A model generated the notes under the pieces. That model ran no database searches, was not told the origin of the DNA, and saw only the letters and a program-made list of their open reading frames with translations. A stretch of DNA of 64,000 nucleotides from Pseudovirgaria hyperparasitica (lineage: Eukaryota), in NCBI GenBank assembly GCA_010093815.1, contig ML996565.1; one strand, 5' to 3'. Positions 24,690 to 36,263 of the stretch are shown here, in pieces. Numbering within the stretch: position 1 is the first letter of the stretch; each line of letters begins with the position of its first letter. The translations under genes were made by a program, and so were the position numbers.

Positions 24690-27600
24690 ATGCCTCCATA
24701 CGTTTCACGCAAGCGCTCTCGATCCCCGGCGCTTCCAGTCGTTCCTCCTCGCAAGCGCATAGCCACTAAGAGCAAATATGTACGAGGAAGTAATAAGAAA
24801 AAAGATGTGTTTCACGCCTTGGATGAGCTGAGCAAACCTGCTAAAAGATCTCGGACGTTGGAGGAGAACCAGAAGTTCCTGGACGCACAAGAAGAAAGCG
24901 ATGCCCAAAGTCGATCAGACGCATCCTCCAGCGACGACTCCGACGAATTTGAAGATGTCTTGCAAGACGCCGATACTCCTGCTACCGCAAAGAGTCGCTG
25001 TACACAGAGTGGTAGTAGTACAGCAGAAGAGAGCGAGGATGATAATGAGCAGGACGACGACGACGCAGTGAGCACTGGGTCGACCAATTGGCACGACCTC
25101 CTTCCAAACACGAATACCAACCATACTGCACCTATACCTTCTGGGGATCTTCAGATCACTCTTCCAAAGGCAAATGAGCAACCTGACTATTCTCATTGGG
25201 CGGCCGCGCGAGAAACAACAGGCAAGAAAGGCCCAAGTAAGATCGAGAGACAGATCCGTGTTCGAACTCATTGCATGCATGTGCAGTTCCTACTGTATCA
25301 CAACCTTGTGAGAAACAGTTGGATACAGGACAAGGAGGTACAGAAATTACTGCTTGATAAGCTCAGTGAAGGCTGTTGGAAAGAGATCTGCATTTGGCGG
25401 GAAGCAGTCGGCCTTCCACACCTGGGCAAAGATGAGCATGGTACAGCAGGAAAAGCTGCCAGGAAGATGTCAAGAACAGATCTAAAGAAGGCTCAAGGAA
25501 AATTCAAGGGGAAAGAGAAAGGCAAGGACAAGCCTAAGAAGGATGACCCCAGAAGCCAACGCGACTGGTCTAACACCGCGACCCGCGATCCTGACAATTC
25601 TCCACATGACGGGCTACCCCGATTACTGCAATACCTGCTGTCATTCTGGAGGAAGATATTCAAGCCTACTGCACCGTCGCTGAAGAAAGTTGGATACCTC
25701 GAGTCATCTGCGTTACAAGCACACATGCGTGCCTACAAGAAGGACAACAAAGATGTCGAGAGGTTCGGAGAACGTATCACGACCAGAGAAGAGTTCAGAG
25801 AATGTGCTAGAAAGACAACAGGCAGTAGAGACGTCGGCCAGCAACTGTTTACAGGACTACTACGTGCTGTTGGAATAGAGGCGCGTATGGTTTGCAGTCT
25901 GCAGCCTGTCGGATTTGGCTGGTCGAAAGCTGAAGACGGGAAAATGAAAAAACCTGCGCAGACTGCATACAACATATCAGCCGCGGAAGTTGTATCAAAA
26001 GGTGTCGAGAGCACGAGGTCGAAGACCTCAGCCCGCAAATCCAAGGGCGGAAATAAAGGGAGCAAGACTGCGCCTATTGATCTTGACTCGGACTCTAGCA
26101 GTTTAAGTGATCCACCTTCAGACTCCGGGTCCGACTTGTCTATTGTCGACTTGACGCCCTCGAAGTCTGCGACTCCAGCACGAAGAGGTTATCCTCACAC
26201 ACACCCATACCCAACTTACTGGACTGAAGCTTTTTCTCCTGTGACTAATAGACCTCACGCTGCCTCTCCTCTTACTGCCCCACATATTGCAAGCACAGCC
26301 GAAGCATTTCAGGCGTTTGAGCCCCGTGGCAAGGACGCCGATAAAGCAAAGCAAGTGTTTGCCTACATCGTGGCCTACTCATATGATGGTACGGCAAAAG
26401 ATGTCACAGTACGCTACCTAAAGCGACACATGTGGCCGGGTAAAACGAAAGGTGTGCGGTTGCCTGTCGAAAAGATACCAGTCTATAACAAGCATGGCAA
26501 GATCAAACGTTGTGAGGAATATGACTGGTTCAAGAATGTTTTGTCTGCATATAGACGCGATGCTCATCTCCGCACCCAGGCTGATGAGATAGAGGATACC
26601 ATAGATCTCATACCTGTTAAACCCAACAAAAAAGACAAGGAAGAGAATCTTGATACGCTTACTGGCCTCAAGGCATCTGCCGATTACGTGCTCGAACGGT
26701 TTATGCGACGTGAAGAGGCTCTTTTACCTACAGCGAAGCCCGTTCGCAATTTTACTTCGGGGAAGGGCGATAAAGCAAAGACTGAGCCCGTATACCGCCG
26801 TGCGGATGTAGTCTCGTGCAAGACGGTTGAGTCATGGCACAAAGAGGGCCGCGAAATCATCCCTGGTGCACAAGCACTGAAGCGTGTCCCACATCGGGCT
26901 GTTACGATTGCAAGAAAGCAGGAGATAATAGACCATGAGCGCGAGACGGGAGAGAAACCTTTGCAGGGACTGTATTCGAAGGCTCAGACGCAATACATCA
27001 TTCCTCCTCCGATTGAGGATGGACGCATTCCACGCAACGCCTTTGGAAACATCGACGTATATGTACCAAGCATGGTTCCCAAAGGAGCATCGCACATCCC
27101 CCTTCGTGGCACTATGCGCATCTGCAAGAAGCTTGGTATTGATTTTGCTGAGGCCTGTGTGGGCTTTGAGTTTGGAGCGCAGCGCGCAGTGCCTGTCATA
27201 CATGGTGTGGTGGTGGCTGAAGGTCACCGAAAGCTGGTGCGCGACGCATGGCACGAGGAGCAAGTGAGGCTGAAAGAGAAGGAAGAGAAGAAACGTGAAG
27301 CTAGGGCACTGGCGCTTTGGAAGAAGTTTCTCACCGGTATGCGCATTATAGAGAGGGTTAGGGCAGAGTACGGCACAGGTGTAGGCGAATCCGCAGATAT
27401 CAATCCTTTCGTGCACAAAAAGGCAAGCATAAAGCAACATGCAGATATTGCACGCGCGTACGAAGACTGTGGTTTTCAGGCACACGATGAAGAACAAGGG
27501 GGCGGCTTCATCATGCCAGGCCACGAAGAGGAGGAGATGGTACCAAGGGTCGCTGCAAACACAGCCATAGTTACCGATGGTGGTGGCGGCTTCTTGCCAG

Positions 27601-28049
27601 ATGCTGACCGTGCATCCGGATCTGAAGGAGGCGGTTTTATGCTAGAGGAAGAGGTGGTAAAGTCACGCTCTGTGACTCCAGACACATCTTCACACGACTT
27701 AGTACGGACGCCAATGTCACTCCAAATAGCTCATCAGCAGAGTCAAGGCAGCGCGAAAGGCTTATCTGTCAACGCAAGAATGAATAAGAGACGACGTATA
27801 GCCGAAGACAACGATACTGTTCCAATGCCATCATCCCCAGAAGTACCTACCAACAATAAAAACGAGGACGAATTCAAGCCAGAAACGTCATCCCGGAAAG
27901 GGAGAGCCAAAGTACCCAGCACCACTCCATCGAAACAAGAGCGCCAGCCAGCTCGTGTTGTGCCAAAACGTCAGGCTGCGAAGCGAGCGAGCGCAGGAAC
28001 GGGATCGAAGAGCAAGTATTTTGAAGGGAGCGATGAGAGCGATGCTTGA
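24690..28049 (+). CDS. Rad4/XPC-family nucleotide-excision-repair damage-recognition protein (possibly the Rhp42/Rad34-like paralogue)
   Basis: Transglutaminase-like block (GSRDVGQQLFTGLLRAVGIEARMVCSLQP, PTYWTE, AKDVTVRY) and beta-hairpin domains (YVLERFMRREE, LQGLYS, IPRNAFGNID, GIDFAEACVGFEF, AVPVIHGVVV). Confidence 0.93.
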   Translation: MPPYVSRKRSRSPALPVVPPRKRIATKSKYVRGSNKKKDVFHALDELSKPAKRSRTLEENQKFLDAQEESDAQSRSDASSSDDSDEFEDVLQDADTPATAKSRCTQSGSSTAEESEDDNEQDDDDAVSTGSTNWHDLLPNTNTNHTAPIPSGDLQITLPKANEQPDYSHWAAARETTGKKGPSKIERQIRVRTHCMHVQFLLYHNLVRNSWIQDKEVQKLLLDKLSEGCWKEICIWREAVGLPHLGKDEHGTAGKAARKMSRTDLKKAQGKFKGKEKGKDKPKKDDPRSQRDWSNTATRDPDNSPHDGLPRLLQYLLSFWRKIFKPTAPSLKKVGYLESSALQAHMRAYKKDNKDVERFGERITTREEFRECARKTTGSRDVGQQLFTGLLRAVGIEARMVCSLQPVGFGWSKAEDGKMKKPAQTAYNISAAEVVSKGVESTRSKTSARKSKGGNKGSKTAPIDLDSDSSSLSDPPSDSGSDLSIVDLTPSKSATPARRGYPHTHPYPTYWTEAFSPVTNRPHAASPLTAPHIASTAEAFQAFEPRGKDADKAKQVFAYIVAYSYDGTAKDVTVRYLKRHMWPGKTKGVRLPVEKIPVYNKHGKIKRCEEYDWFKNVLSAYRRDAHLRTQADEIEDTIDLIPVKPNKKDKEENLDTLTGLKASADYVLERFMRREEALLPTAKPVRNFTSGKGDKAKTEPVYRRADVVSCKTVESWHKEGREIIPGAQALKRVPHRAVTIARKQEIIDHERETGEKPLQGLYSKAQTQYIIPPPIEDGRIPRNAFGNIDVYVPSMVPKGASHIPLRGTMRICKKLGIDFAEACVGFEFGAQRAVPVIHGVVVAEGHRKLVRDAWHEEQVRLKEKEEKKREARALALWKKFLTGMRIIERVRAEYGTGVGESADINPFVHKKASIKQHADIARAYEDCGFQAHDEEQGGGFIMPGHEEEEMVPRVAANTAIVTDGGGGFLPDADRASGSEGGGFMLEEEVVKSRSVTPDTSSHDLVRTPMSLQIAHQQSQGSAKGLSVNARMNKRRRIAEDNDTVPMPSSPEVPTNNKNEDEFKPETSSRKGRAKVPSTTPSKQERQPARVVPKRQAAKRASAGTGSKSKYFEGSDESDA

Positions 28050-28430
28050 GGCCGTATCAACCATGCGCCGTAATTGAGACCGTATAAGACACTGTAGTGA
28101 CTACGCACGTCTCATTAGGAGCTCGTTCAGTCACGCGTTAAATTTAAGACAGTTGAAATGAGTTGTTCGACATCCATCCATACCAATGACAGCGCCAAGT
28201 CTGGTAGGACGCGATTATTAAGCTCGAGCGTGGCCTGATACAAAAGCGCTAGCCTTCATTTAGCTTTCATTCCTTTGACATTGGCAAGACATTCTGCGAC
28301 TTATTAGTGGCAACCAATATATCTTGAAACGTGTTCCAAGCCCCGAGCATCCATCGCCTCAACCATCACGCGTCCACCCCCGTAAGCTTCTTGCCCCGTT
28401 CGAATGCACCATCCATACGAATACGCTATT

Positions 28431-29884
28431 CTAACCTTGAGCAGTATTACTCGGGAAGTGCGTCGTCATCGCTTGGGTTTCCCAGCTTGACCTCACTGAT
28501 CTTTCCGCTAGAGACTGCACCCTCGAAGTGTACGACGGTGGCGGCAAATATCGCACAGACTCCTTACTCGCCGCTGCACTCGTGGTCATTTGTGGTGTAT
28601 CGATCCTGGATCTATGGCCGCTGTGGGTCTCGAAAGTCTCTTGTGCGTCACCCATGTAAATAGCCGGAAGCTGTTTGTCTAGATTCGGTGCCGCACGAGT
28701 TGCAGTTGCCCTGTGGTGCGCATAGGGCGAGACTGGAGTCGTAACGACCATGGCCTCTTTGCTTGTTGCATCTACGACTAGGCATGCTGCTTGTTTGGTA
28801 CGATCGTACATGCCGTTGTCTGTAACAGTGGAAGCACTGGGCGTCGTAGTTGAAACCGATCGGGCAGTTCGCAGATTCGAGAACCATCCAGCGATGGCGC
28901 CCCAGAGTGGCTTGTAGGTCACACTACAAGCGCAGACGATCGAGACGGCCAAGTGGACGTTTGTCCATACTTCGGCTTTGCCGAACGAGACGAGCTGGAT
29001 GCCTGGTTGGTAGATCTCCCTGATGCGTATGATGTTGGTGATAACGGCGAAGATTCCTAACATGAAGATGCTTGAGAGAATTATCTTGTTGCGTAGCGGG
29101 ATGTTGATCGTTAGGACTTGATGGACGGGGAGCAGCAAGATGAAAAGATCTATGGCTGTCTCGAGGGCTCCTGTGCCGAGGAAGTAGACTGAGTAGTTGG
29201 CGCATTCACCTGGCATGAGCGGCTTCCAGAACTTCTGAAGTGGTTTGCAGACGAGGAAGTTCGCCAACATTGTTCCAAGGAGCCACCTGTCTGTTTTTCA
29301 GTCACTGACAAAGGTATGTGCAACGCATTCTGGCTGTGACTGGAACTTACAGGCCAGAAAGAAGCATGGCAACTAACGTTGCTCTTCTGTACCTGTCGGT
29401 ATCAAATATCCTACGGTAGAACGACAGGAGCGTCATCTTCACAGCGAAGAGAGCTACAAGGCTCAATGTAAATGCCACAAATCGAGTCTAACAATGAAGT
29501 AAGTCATGTCTTCGGGGCTGACATCAAACAGTACTAACCACCATGTATCGCTCTGACTTCTTCCACGACTCTGGAGTCCCAATCACCAGCAACAGCTCTG
29601 TTACCTCTCTCCCTCCACCCCCAGTCATTATCCCTACCTTTTTGTCAGTGAAAACCTACAGTTAACCAGTTCGACAGTAACTCACCCCAGAGATTCGCGG
29701 CAGCACACCCGAAATACGCCACAAGCGCAAATATTATCCACAGGTCGTCCACATGGTATCCAGCCTTGACCAAGGACTTGCAAATATACCGTAAGATCAC
29801 GGATACCGCAGATACAACGACGCAAATTACGCCAACCACGTAACTACGTCGACCAGACCACGTCAGCTCTTCCAAGTCGTCCAT
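28431..29884 (-). CDS. PTH11-like integral membrane GPCR (fungal rhodopsin domain, no CFEM), 4 exons
   Basis: Exon 1 VSVILRY..GYHVDD. Three canonical introns lie between 29685 and about 29287. Motifs KMTLLSFYRRIF, CKPLQKFW..GEC, DLFILLLP, IIRI, IVCAC..YKPL. Confidence 0.88.
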
Positions 29885-30703
29885 GTCTTCTCACACTAGC
29901 GATTATATCAGAAAGAATATGAAAAATGTTGGGACCAGCCCAAAAAATGCATGAATGAATAAATGAATGAAAATGAATGAAGGACATGTAATCCTAGGCC
30001 ATCAGAGCCCTTCAAAACTGATACGGGGGCAGCCTGCGACTAATAACATAACGGCTATGAGAGCGTAAGCTTTGCCAACTCTGCAACAGGTAAAACAAAA
30101 ACTCACACCTACACAGTAAAGAGAGAGACAGCGAGGCGAATATATCAATGCCTTAAGCCCGCGCCATACATTGTGCATGAATGCTGTTGATGCACAGACC
30201 TGCCCAAAGAAGAAATGCCAAGAGAATGCTCTGACGCTTTAGGTAGGGCCGACACCTACAGCCCCCAGGATTGTACGCAATAGGGGTCCGAGTGTGATAT
30301 TGGGGCCGTACTAGGATGCCAAGAGGGGGCGTGGTTGCAGACTGCGTCGCACAAAATCTCACTGTCCTACCGCAAGTGCCTCATAGGTTTATTTTCTGGC
30401 TTGGAATGTACAACAAGATGATTGTTTAGAATGCGTGCGCAACGCCTGTGGCGCAGCCGCTACTTACACTAAGCACTCATAGCATCCTACCACACGTGAG
30501 CACAAGACTCTCTGGGATACCTTGCCTGCCGCTATAAGAAAGGTGACGTTTTACGAATACGAGAACGAGTCCTCCCTTTGGACGACGAAGACGTGACATG
30601 TCGCAATTTAGTGGCCACTATATTGAGAAACATTGTTTATTTAATCCTTAGAGATGCCCTCTTCTTCCCTTGTGTATCTTCAATAAAAATCTCTTGACTA
30701 ACC

Positions 30704-31597
30704 ATGACTAGTACCACCAAGATCGTCATAATTACTGGATGCAGCTCGGGGATCGGCCTTGCTGCCACTAAACTGTTTGTGGAGAAAGGATACAATGTGT
30801 TCGGCCTCGATGTCGCAGACTTCGCAATCGAGATGGACGATAAGGTATTCTCATTCCACAAAGCAGACCTCTGTAAAGATGGTGCGATTGAGGCCGCCGT
30901 CGAGGCCTGTGTGAAGAAGTTCGGGTATGTATCACTCCCTAACAACCCCGTGATGTAGTCGATTAACATGTTCCAGACCGCCCACAACACTGCTCAACAT
31001 CGCCGGTGTCATGGACGCCTTCGAGGCCGCAGACACCGTCTCCGACGCTCAATGGGACCGCCAGATCGCAGTCAACCTCACCGCGCCTGTCAAACTGATG
31101 CGCGCGGTCTTGCCCCACATGCAAGCAGCCAAACAAGGCGCCATTGTCAATGTGTGTTCGCGCGCTGCAATCGGCGGCGCCTGCGCTGGTGTCGCATATA
31201 CGGCCAGCAAGCACGGTCTCGTACGTCCCCTTTCCAGTTTTCCCGTCGATCATTGTTATTTTGCTCCACATACTGATATTCCCAGCTCGGCGCAACCAAG
31301 AACACTGCCTGGCGTTTTCGCAAGGAGAGAATTCGCGTCAACGCCGTGCTTCCGGGCGCTATCGCCACAGGAATTGGATCTAGCATAAGCAGAGATTCCT
31401 TTGACAAGGCCTCTTACGCGGAGTGCTTGCCGGTTACCAATCTGACCAGCGACCAATCACTAGAATATGAGCAGAGAAAGGAGCAGGACATTCAGCCGGA
31501 AGCTGTTGCAAAGAGTATATATTTTCTGGCGAGTGAGGATGCGGGGGTTTTGACGGGTGTCTGTATGCCGGTCGACAAAGGGTGGAGTACGATTTGA
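30704..31597 (+). CDS. Short-chain dehydrogenase/reductase, 3 exons
   Basis: TGCSSGIG NAD(P)-binding motif, NIAG, catalytic YTASK, IRVNAVLPG, VDKGW. Introns about 30925-30976 and 31221-31285. Confidence 0.92.
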
Positions 31598-32105
31598 GTG
31601 CGGTAGAGGTGGTATATGACATGTGAACGTCGCGAGGTGGCTGGGTCTTGGTTGCCGACTCTTCATGGCTTATCGCTCGAATTGGGTTAGGCTACATAGT
31701 CCAGTGTTTTCTCGCATAACATAAATTCGCACCTGTAGTAGGGATCAATGTGTTGGATATCGAGCTGCTATTGAATGCGGCTCCAGTCATCTGACTTTAC
31801 TCTACAAGCTTTGCCTACCTCAACCTATCACCTGCATAACCTATCCACGCTATCTCATCATCAATGGGAACGTGGACTGACATGGGCGCTGGTACTGTTG
31901 TCTATATCGCCGAGGAAACCCACCTACTCCATTAATATTCCATCACGGACGCTCACATCACCATCTTGATAGCTGCTGATAGAAATTCTATCAGGCATTG
32001 GGGGTCGAGCGCAAGGTCAATAATCAGTGTGTCTACAGGTCGTATTGCCGAATTCTCCGGGCCTTACACACTAAGTGATCCGCGCATGTCTATTTTCCAA
32101 ATCCT

Positions 32106-34958
32106 TCAGAAAGGAATAGGTTTCTTCCACGCCGGCAGCTGCCTGAGATTATCTTCGTCGAATTTCACATGCCTCTTCTCATCGAGCCACGCCCCCTCAT
32201 CGGTACTCTTAAGACCCTTCTTTTCATTCTCTTCAATTAGTCTCTTACTCAATCCCATATCATCTTGAGGCAGCCAAATCGTCGCTGGCTTACTGATCAG
32301 ACTAGGATTTGTATACGCATTCTTGAGCTCATCCTCTGTATATTCGATGGCATCACCATCCTCTCCTTGGTTGTGCAAGAATGTTTTCATAACCTTATGA
32401 CTTGCGTAGATGTGTGGCTCAAAGAAACGCGCAACGGGGTCTACAACGCGTTTTGGAATATGCATGCTGTTGCCTAGACTTTGGATGCGAGAATGCTCAT
32501 CGGCACCATCTATGACCCCTTCTTCCGCGGTAAGCAACGGCTCTTCTTCTTCTCCTTCAGCTGCTAGCAAATCATCAGGGAAGTGATCCTCAAGCGGACT
32601 CAAGTAGCGGTTCATAACGACATTGTAAGCGATTGTTCCGAAGAATAACACTGCGATCATGATTGAGGGGCCAGTCGCTTTTCGTAGTCCGAATAATCCA
32701 ATGAGTGCGAGCTCGCCGACGTATATACCAGTCAACATTTGCGTCAGCGCCCGGGTGTAGCACTTTCCTTTCGTTTCGAGCTTGGGCTGGACGACGTAAA
32801 GAAGCTGGTGGCGGTAGCAGAAATAAAAAAGTATCAAGCCAATAGCAGCAATACCTAGTACGAGAGGCGAGATGATCGAGTATGCAAGGGCGATGATGAC
32901 GAAATTATTGAACTTGGGATACATCTTACCCCATCCTATGCCTTTCATGGTGGTATACTGTGTGTATTTGTCTCGGGGTGTCTTGTTGATGAACCAGTCC
33001 CAGAAGACATATTGGAAGAGATCGGAATAATTGAGGATATTTTTGGTTGCCGAACCGAGACCTTGCAGAATGAAATAAGTGAGGTAGAAGTTGGATGAGC
33101 TGGGTAGCTTGTCGGCCAATAGCATCGGGACATTTCCAGGATTGTTGATGAGTTGTGGTACAAAAGCAGTTGCTGACGAAGACAGAGCAGTAACGAAAAA
33201 GACTTGAATGATCTGAAATAGATAGTACCACGTCTGTACTTGTAGCTCTGCCGTCACTGTTGTTGGTTCGAACATTTTTGCAACATCTGTAGTGTGTCAA
33301 TCAAATGTCGACTACTAGGATTCGCAGCTTACATCTCAATATGTCCGGAACATATGAAGCGATGAAGCTCGTCGCTAAAGGGGGCAGTAGTCCTACCATC
33401 AGTCCCAAGATGGGATCTGGCAGACTTTTGATCCAGCCAAGCCACTGAACTTTTTCTGCTAGATAGTTGACATTGGAGATCGAGGCGATGAATGCAGTTG
33501 GTATAGACCAAAAGATGATTAGTGCTATTACAAACACGTTACCGGCAGACTTCTTTGACAGTCGAACAGATTGAGGTAGCGTGATGTTTGTCCATATGAT
33601 TTCTTTTGGCAGGACACCGATCAATTTAGACTTGATCGCAAGATTTGCTGGCATTGGTATTTTTGACTTTGGATTGCTTCGGTAAGCTCGTTGAGCGGCC
33701 GACTGCGTTGCGTATTCCACGAAAATGGCAGATCGGGCTTCAGCAGCATCCGTGCTATGTAAATCTCGATCTTCGTCGACTTTCTGTACTTTGGCGGTAG
33801 CTTCGGCCTGGAGATGGTCAATCGCGTCGGATTCTGTCCCGAGGACATAGTATTGCTTGCGAATTGGTCGCAGGGCAGAGATTGTCTGGTCGGTCAAGCC
33901 AACCACGCCTGAGCCATTTCTCTTCGATATTTTCGCTCTCTTCTTGTTCACCGTCTTCAGATAACAAAGCTCGGTAGACTCCAGTTGAGCTAATGTTGCG
34001 TTCCTTGCTCCCACGTGCTCATCCAATTTTGGTGTAGGCTTCACCACCCATTGTCGCATGACCTCCTTGCCCAAAGTGGACTGGGATTCACCGTCAACCA
34101 ACACATCTTTTGGTGGATCAAGATAGAGTACAGTCCTTGAAGAAAGGCGAGAGGCGTTAGTCCTTGATAGGTGCCAAGCTTGGCGTAGACCGATCAACCA
34201 CATACGTTCTCGGGCTATCGTAAACATGACGAAGCCAAAATATACCCAAGCCACAACGGCATGTGCATACAGACGTTTCTTACCATGAACATTCCCGAAC
34301 CCAAGCTTGTCCAACTGAGAAGCATTGCCCTTACCAGTGGCGTTAACAGGGAAGAGAATTGGCCAGGTGATGCAGGCTCCAATTACACAGATGAAGATGA
34401 TAGTCTTCAGAAAACGGAGGTAGAGATACGCATCGAGAGATGAGTGTTCTAAAACGAATTTATCGCCTAATTGCCATATGGGTTTTAGCCATTCGATGCG
34501 TGCTGTGCTCGAGCCTGGAGTCCGATCTCTGTTGAATGTCAGGCCCAGATTTTGATATTTACGCCGTGACGGTGGTATTACTTCTCTGAAATAAGGTCGA
34601 TGTAAGTCCTCGGGGCATAAATGCGTTTATGATAGCGCCTGATGAGGCAGAATATCACAAGAAATATGATAGCGGTGATAAGAGACGGGACAAAAGCGGC
34701 GATGATTGCGGCAAGTGACGCAGACTTACTGCCTGACTAAAGGCATTGTTAGTATCAAGCAGTCCAAGTGTATCAGAAGAGTGAAGGCAGAATGCCCTCC
34801 ATCACTTCTACGTAAAGCAGGGAGCAGGGATCATGGTGCTCGTGGGTGTGTAGTACGTCTGGAGCACTTACGTCATTACCGCCGTTCTTGTCGAAAGCAA
34901 AAATGCGATCTGGAACGTCCCAGTCCAGCGGGGAGTAGAGCACTGTTTGTGCATCCAT
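32106..34958 (-). CDS. CSC1/OSCA/TMEM63 (Phm7/DUF221) stress-gated cation channel, 4 exons
   Basis: Exon 1 MDAQ..GGND, then intron 34871-34737. Motifs IYAPRT, LDAYLYLRFL, ILFPVNATG, SSRTVL, PKEIIWTN, FQIIQVFFV, SNFYLTYFILQG, YSIISPL, YRHQLLYV. Multiple TM helices. Confidence 0.92.
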
Positions 34959-35704
34959 ATTCTATGTATGTCAGGATTCAGGTCAATATCAAGACTAGCG
35001 TTGGTGATTGTGAAAGAACCATGTCAAGGTAGATGGAGATGGCAACGTGCAACCGGAATCTCGAAACAAGGCAACAGGATTGAGCAGGATTGGAGCTGGC
35101 GCCACTCTTGGCTGTGGCTGAGCACTCATGCGCAGATCTGAGCACGTCACGTTGATCTAAGGACCTAGGTGCTTGCCTTACGTGGACGAGAACAACGACA
35201 ACGACACTGCGCGAACGACCCATACGAGTATCACCGTATCTATTACTAGAATCATACTAGTCACCAAGTCAACTATGCCGAGATGGAACTCCACACCTTG
35301 TTACATGTACTCCATCCTCTCGGACGTTCCTCCGGCCGGTCTAGAGTTAGATTGGGGATGCAAGGCTGCTCGAGGAGATCGGTCAGTCAGCCTGCATTAG
35401 CTGGCTCAGTTCTGTACACAATCGACCTCGTATAGACAATACTGTGCCCCTAGTGGTGTCTAGAGTCAAAACCACATTGGCCGATATCCTGCGTGAGATG
35501 CTGATCGGTGTCATTGTCTCCCTGAGAGACTTCTAGACCATGTTCACTCGATCTTATCGTATTTCAGCTGAAAGTGGGCGGGGCATAAAACGCACTACAA
35601 GACCTGGAATTGAGAACTGGGAAACTCTTCTGTATCACTGTGTCCTCCAGCAAAATCTAGCAAGGTGCTAACCAGAAAGTCTTCGAAGACGTGCCAGACT
35701 CATC

Positions 35705-36263
35705 ATGGTCATCTGCAATTCAATCCTCGTACACTTACTTCTGACGATACTCGTCTCTGCTGCTCCTAAACAAATGTCGAAGATGGCCACGTGCGGCTAC
35801 CCGGTGTTTCGTTCTCTCCCAATCGAGGAGGGCATGTTCCCGCGCTCTCTTTTTGGCCGGCAAACCTACAGTCCCAATTGTCCCATGCTAACCTTATCAT
35901 GTGACCCTACTGGCTCCATTTGCTGCGAATACGGGAAGCAATGCTGTGGCAATGGTTGCTGTGATATTGGCTATAGCTGCGAGTCGACTTCCTCTGGACT
36001 TGCTTGTTGCCCGTACTCGGGCGTGGCAGAGGGTGTCTGCGCCGATTTATCTGTTACAAATGTTCGTCATATTCAAATTTATGTTTGACCGCGGCTGATT
36101 TGTAGCGAAGCCATGCCAAGGAGACGACCAGTACTGCGTAGCCACAGACTATTGTTGCCCCATCGACACTGGATGTGCTGTTTATAGCGATGGCTCTCCT
36201 TATTGCGCTACGGCAGATTCTCTCCCATCGATCTCCACGACAATCACCCCGATATACTCCTGA
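35705..36263 (+). CDS. Signal peptide plus Cys-rich (CC/CCP) ectodomain exons, probable 5' part of the TM-HET gene
   Basis: MVICNSILVHLLLTILVSA is followed by 13 Cys including four CC pairs. Intron donor GTTCGT at 36062, branch-like GCTGAT, candidate acceptors 36105/36110. The frame from 36111 reads PCQGDDQYCVATDYCCPIDTGCAVYSDGSPYCAT and stops at TGA 36261. Confidence 0.7.

Noticed and set aside
23100..31597. Complete biosynthetic gene cluster
   Set aside because: No backbone enzyme, cluster transcription factor or efflux pump, and the housekeeping Rad4 gene sits in the middle.
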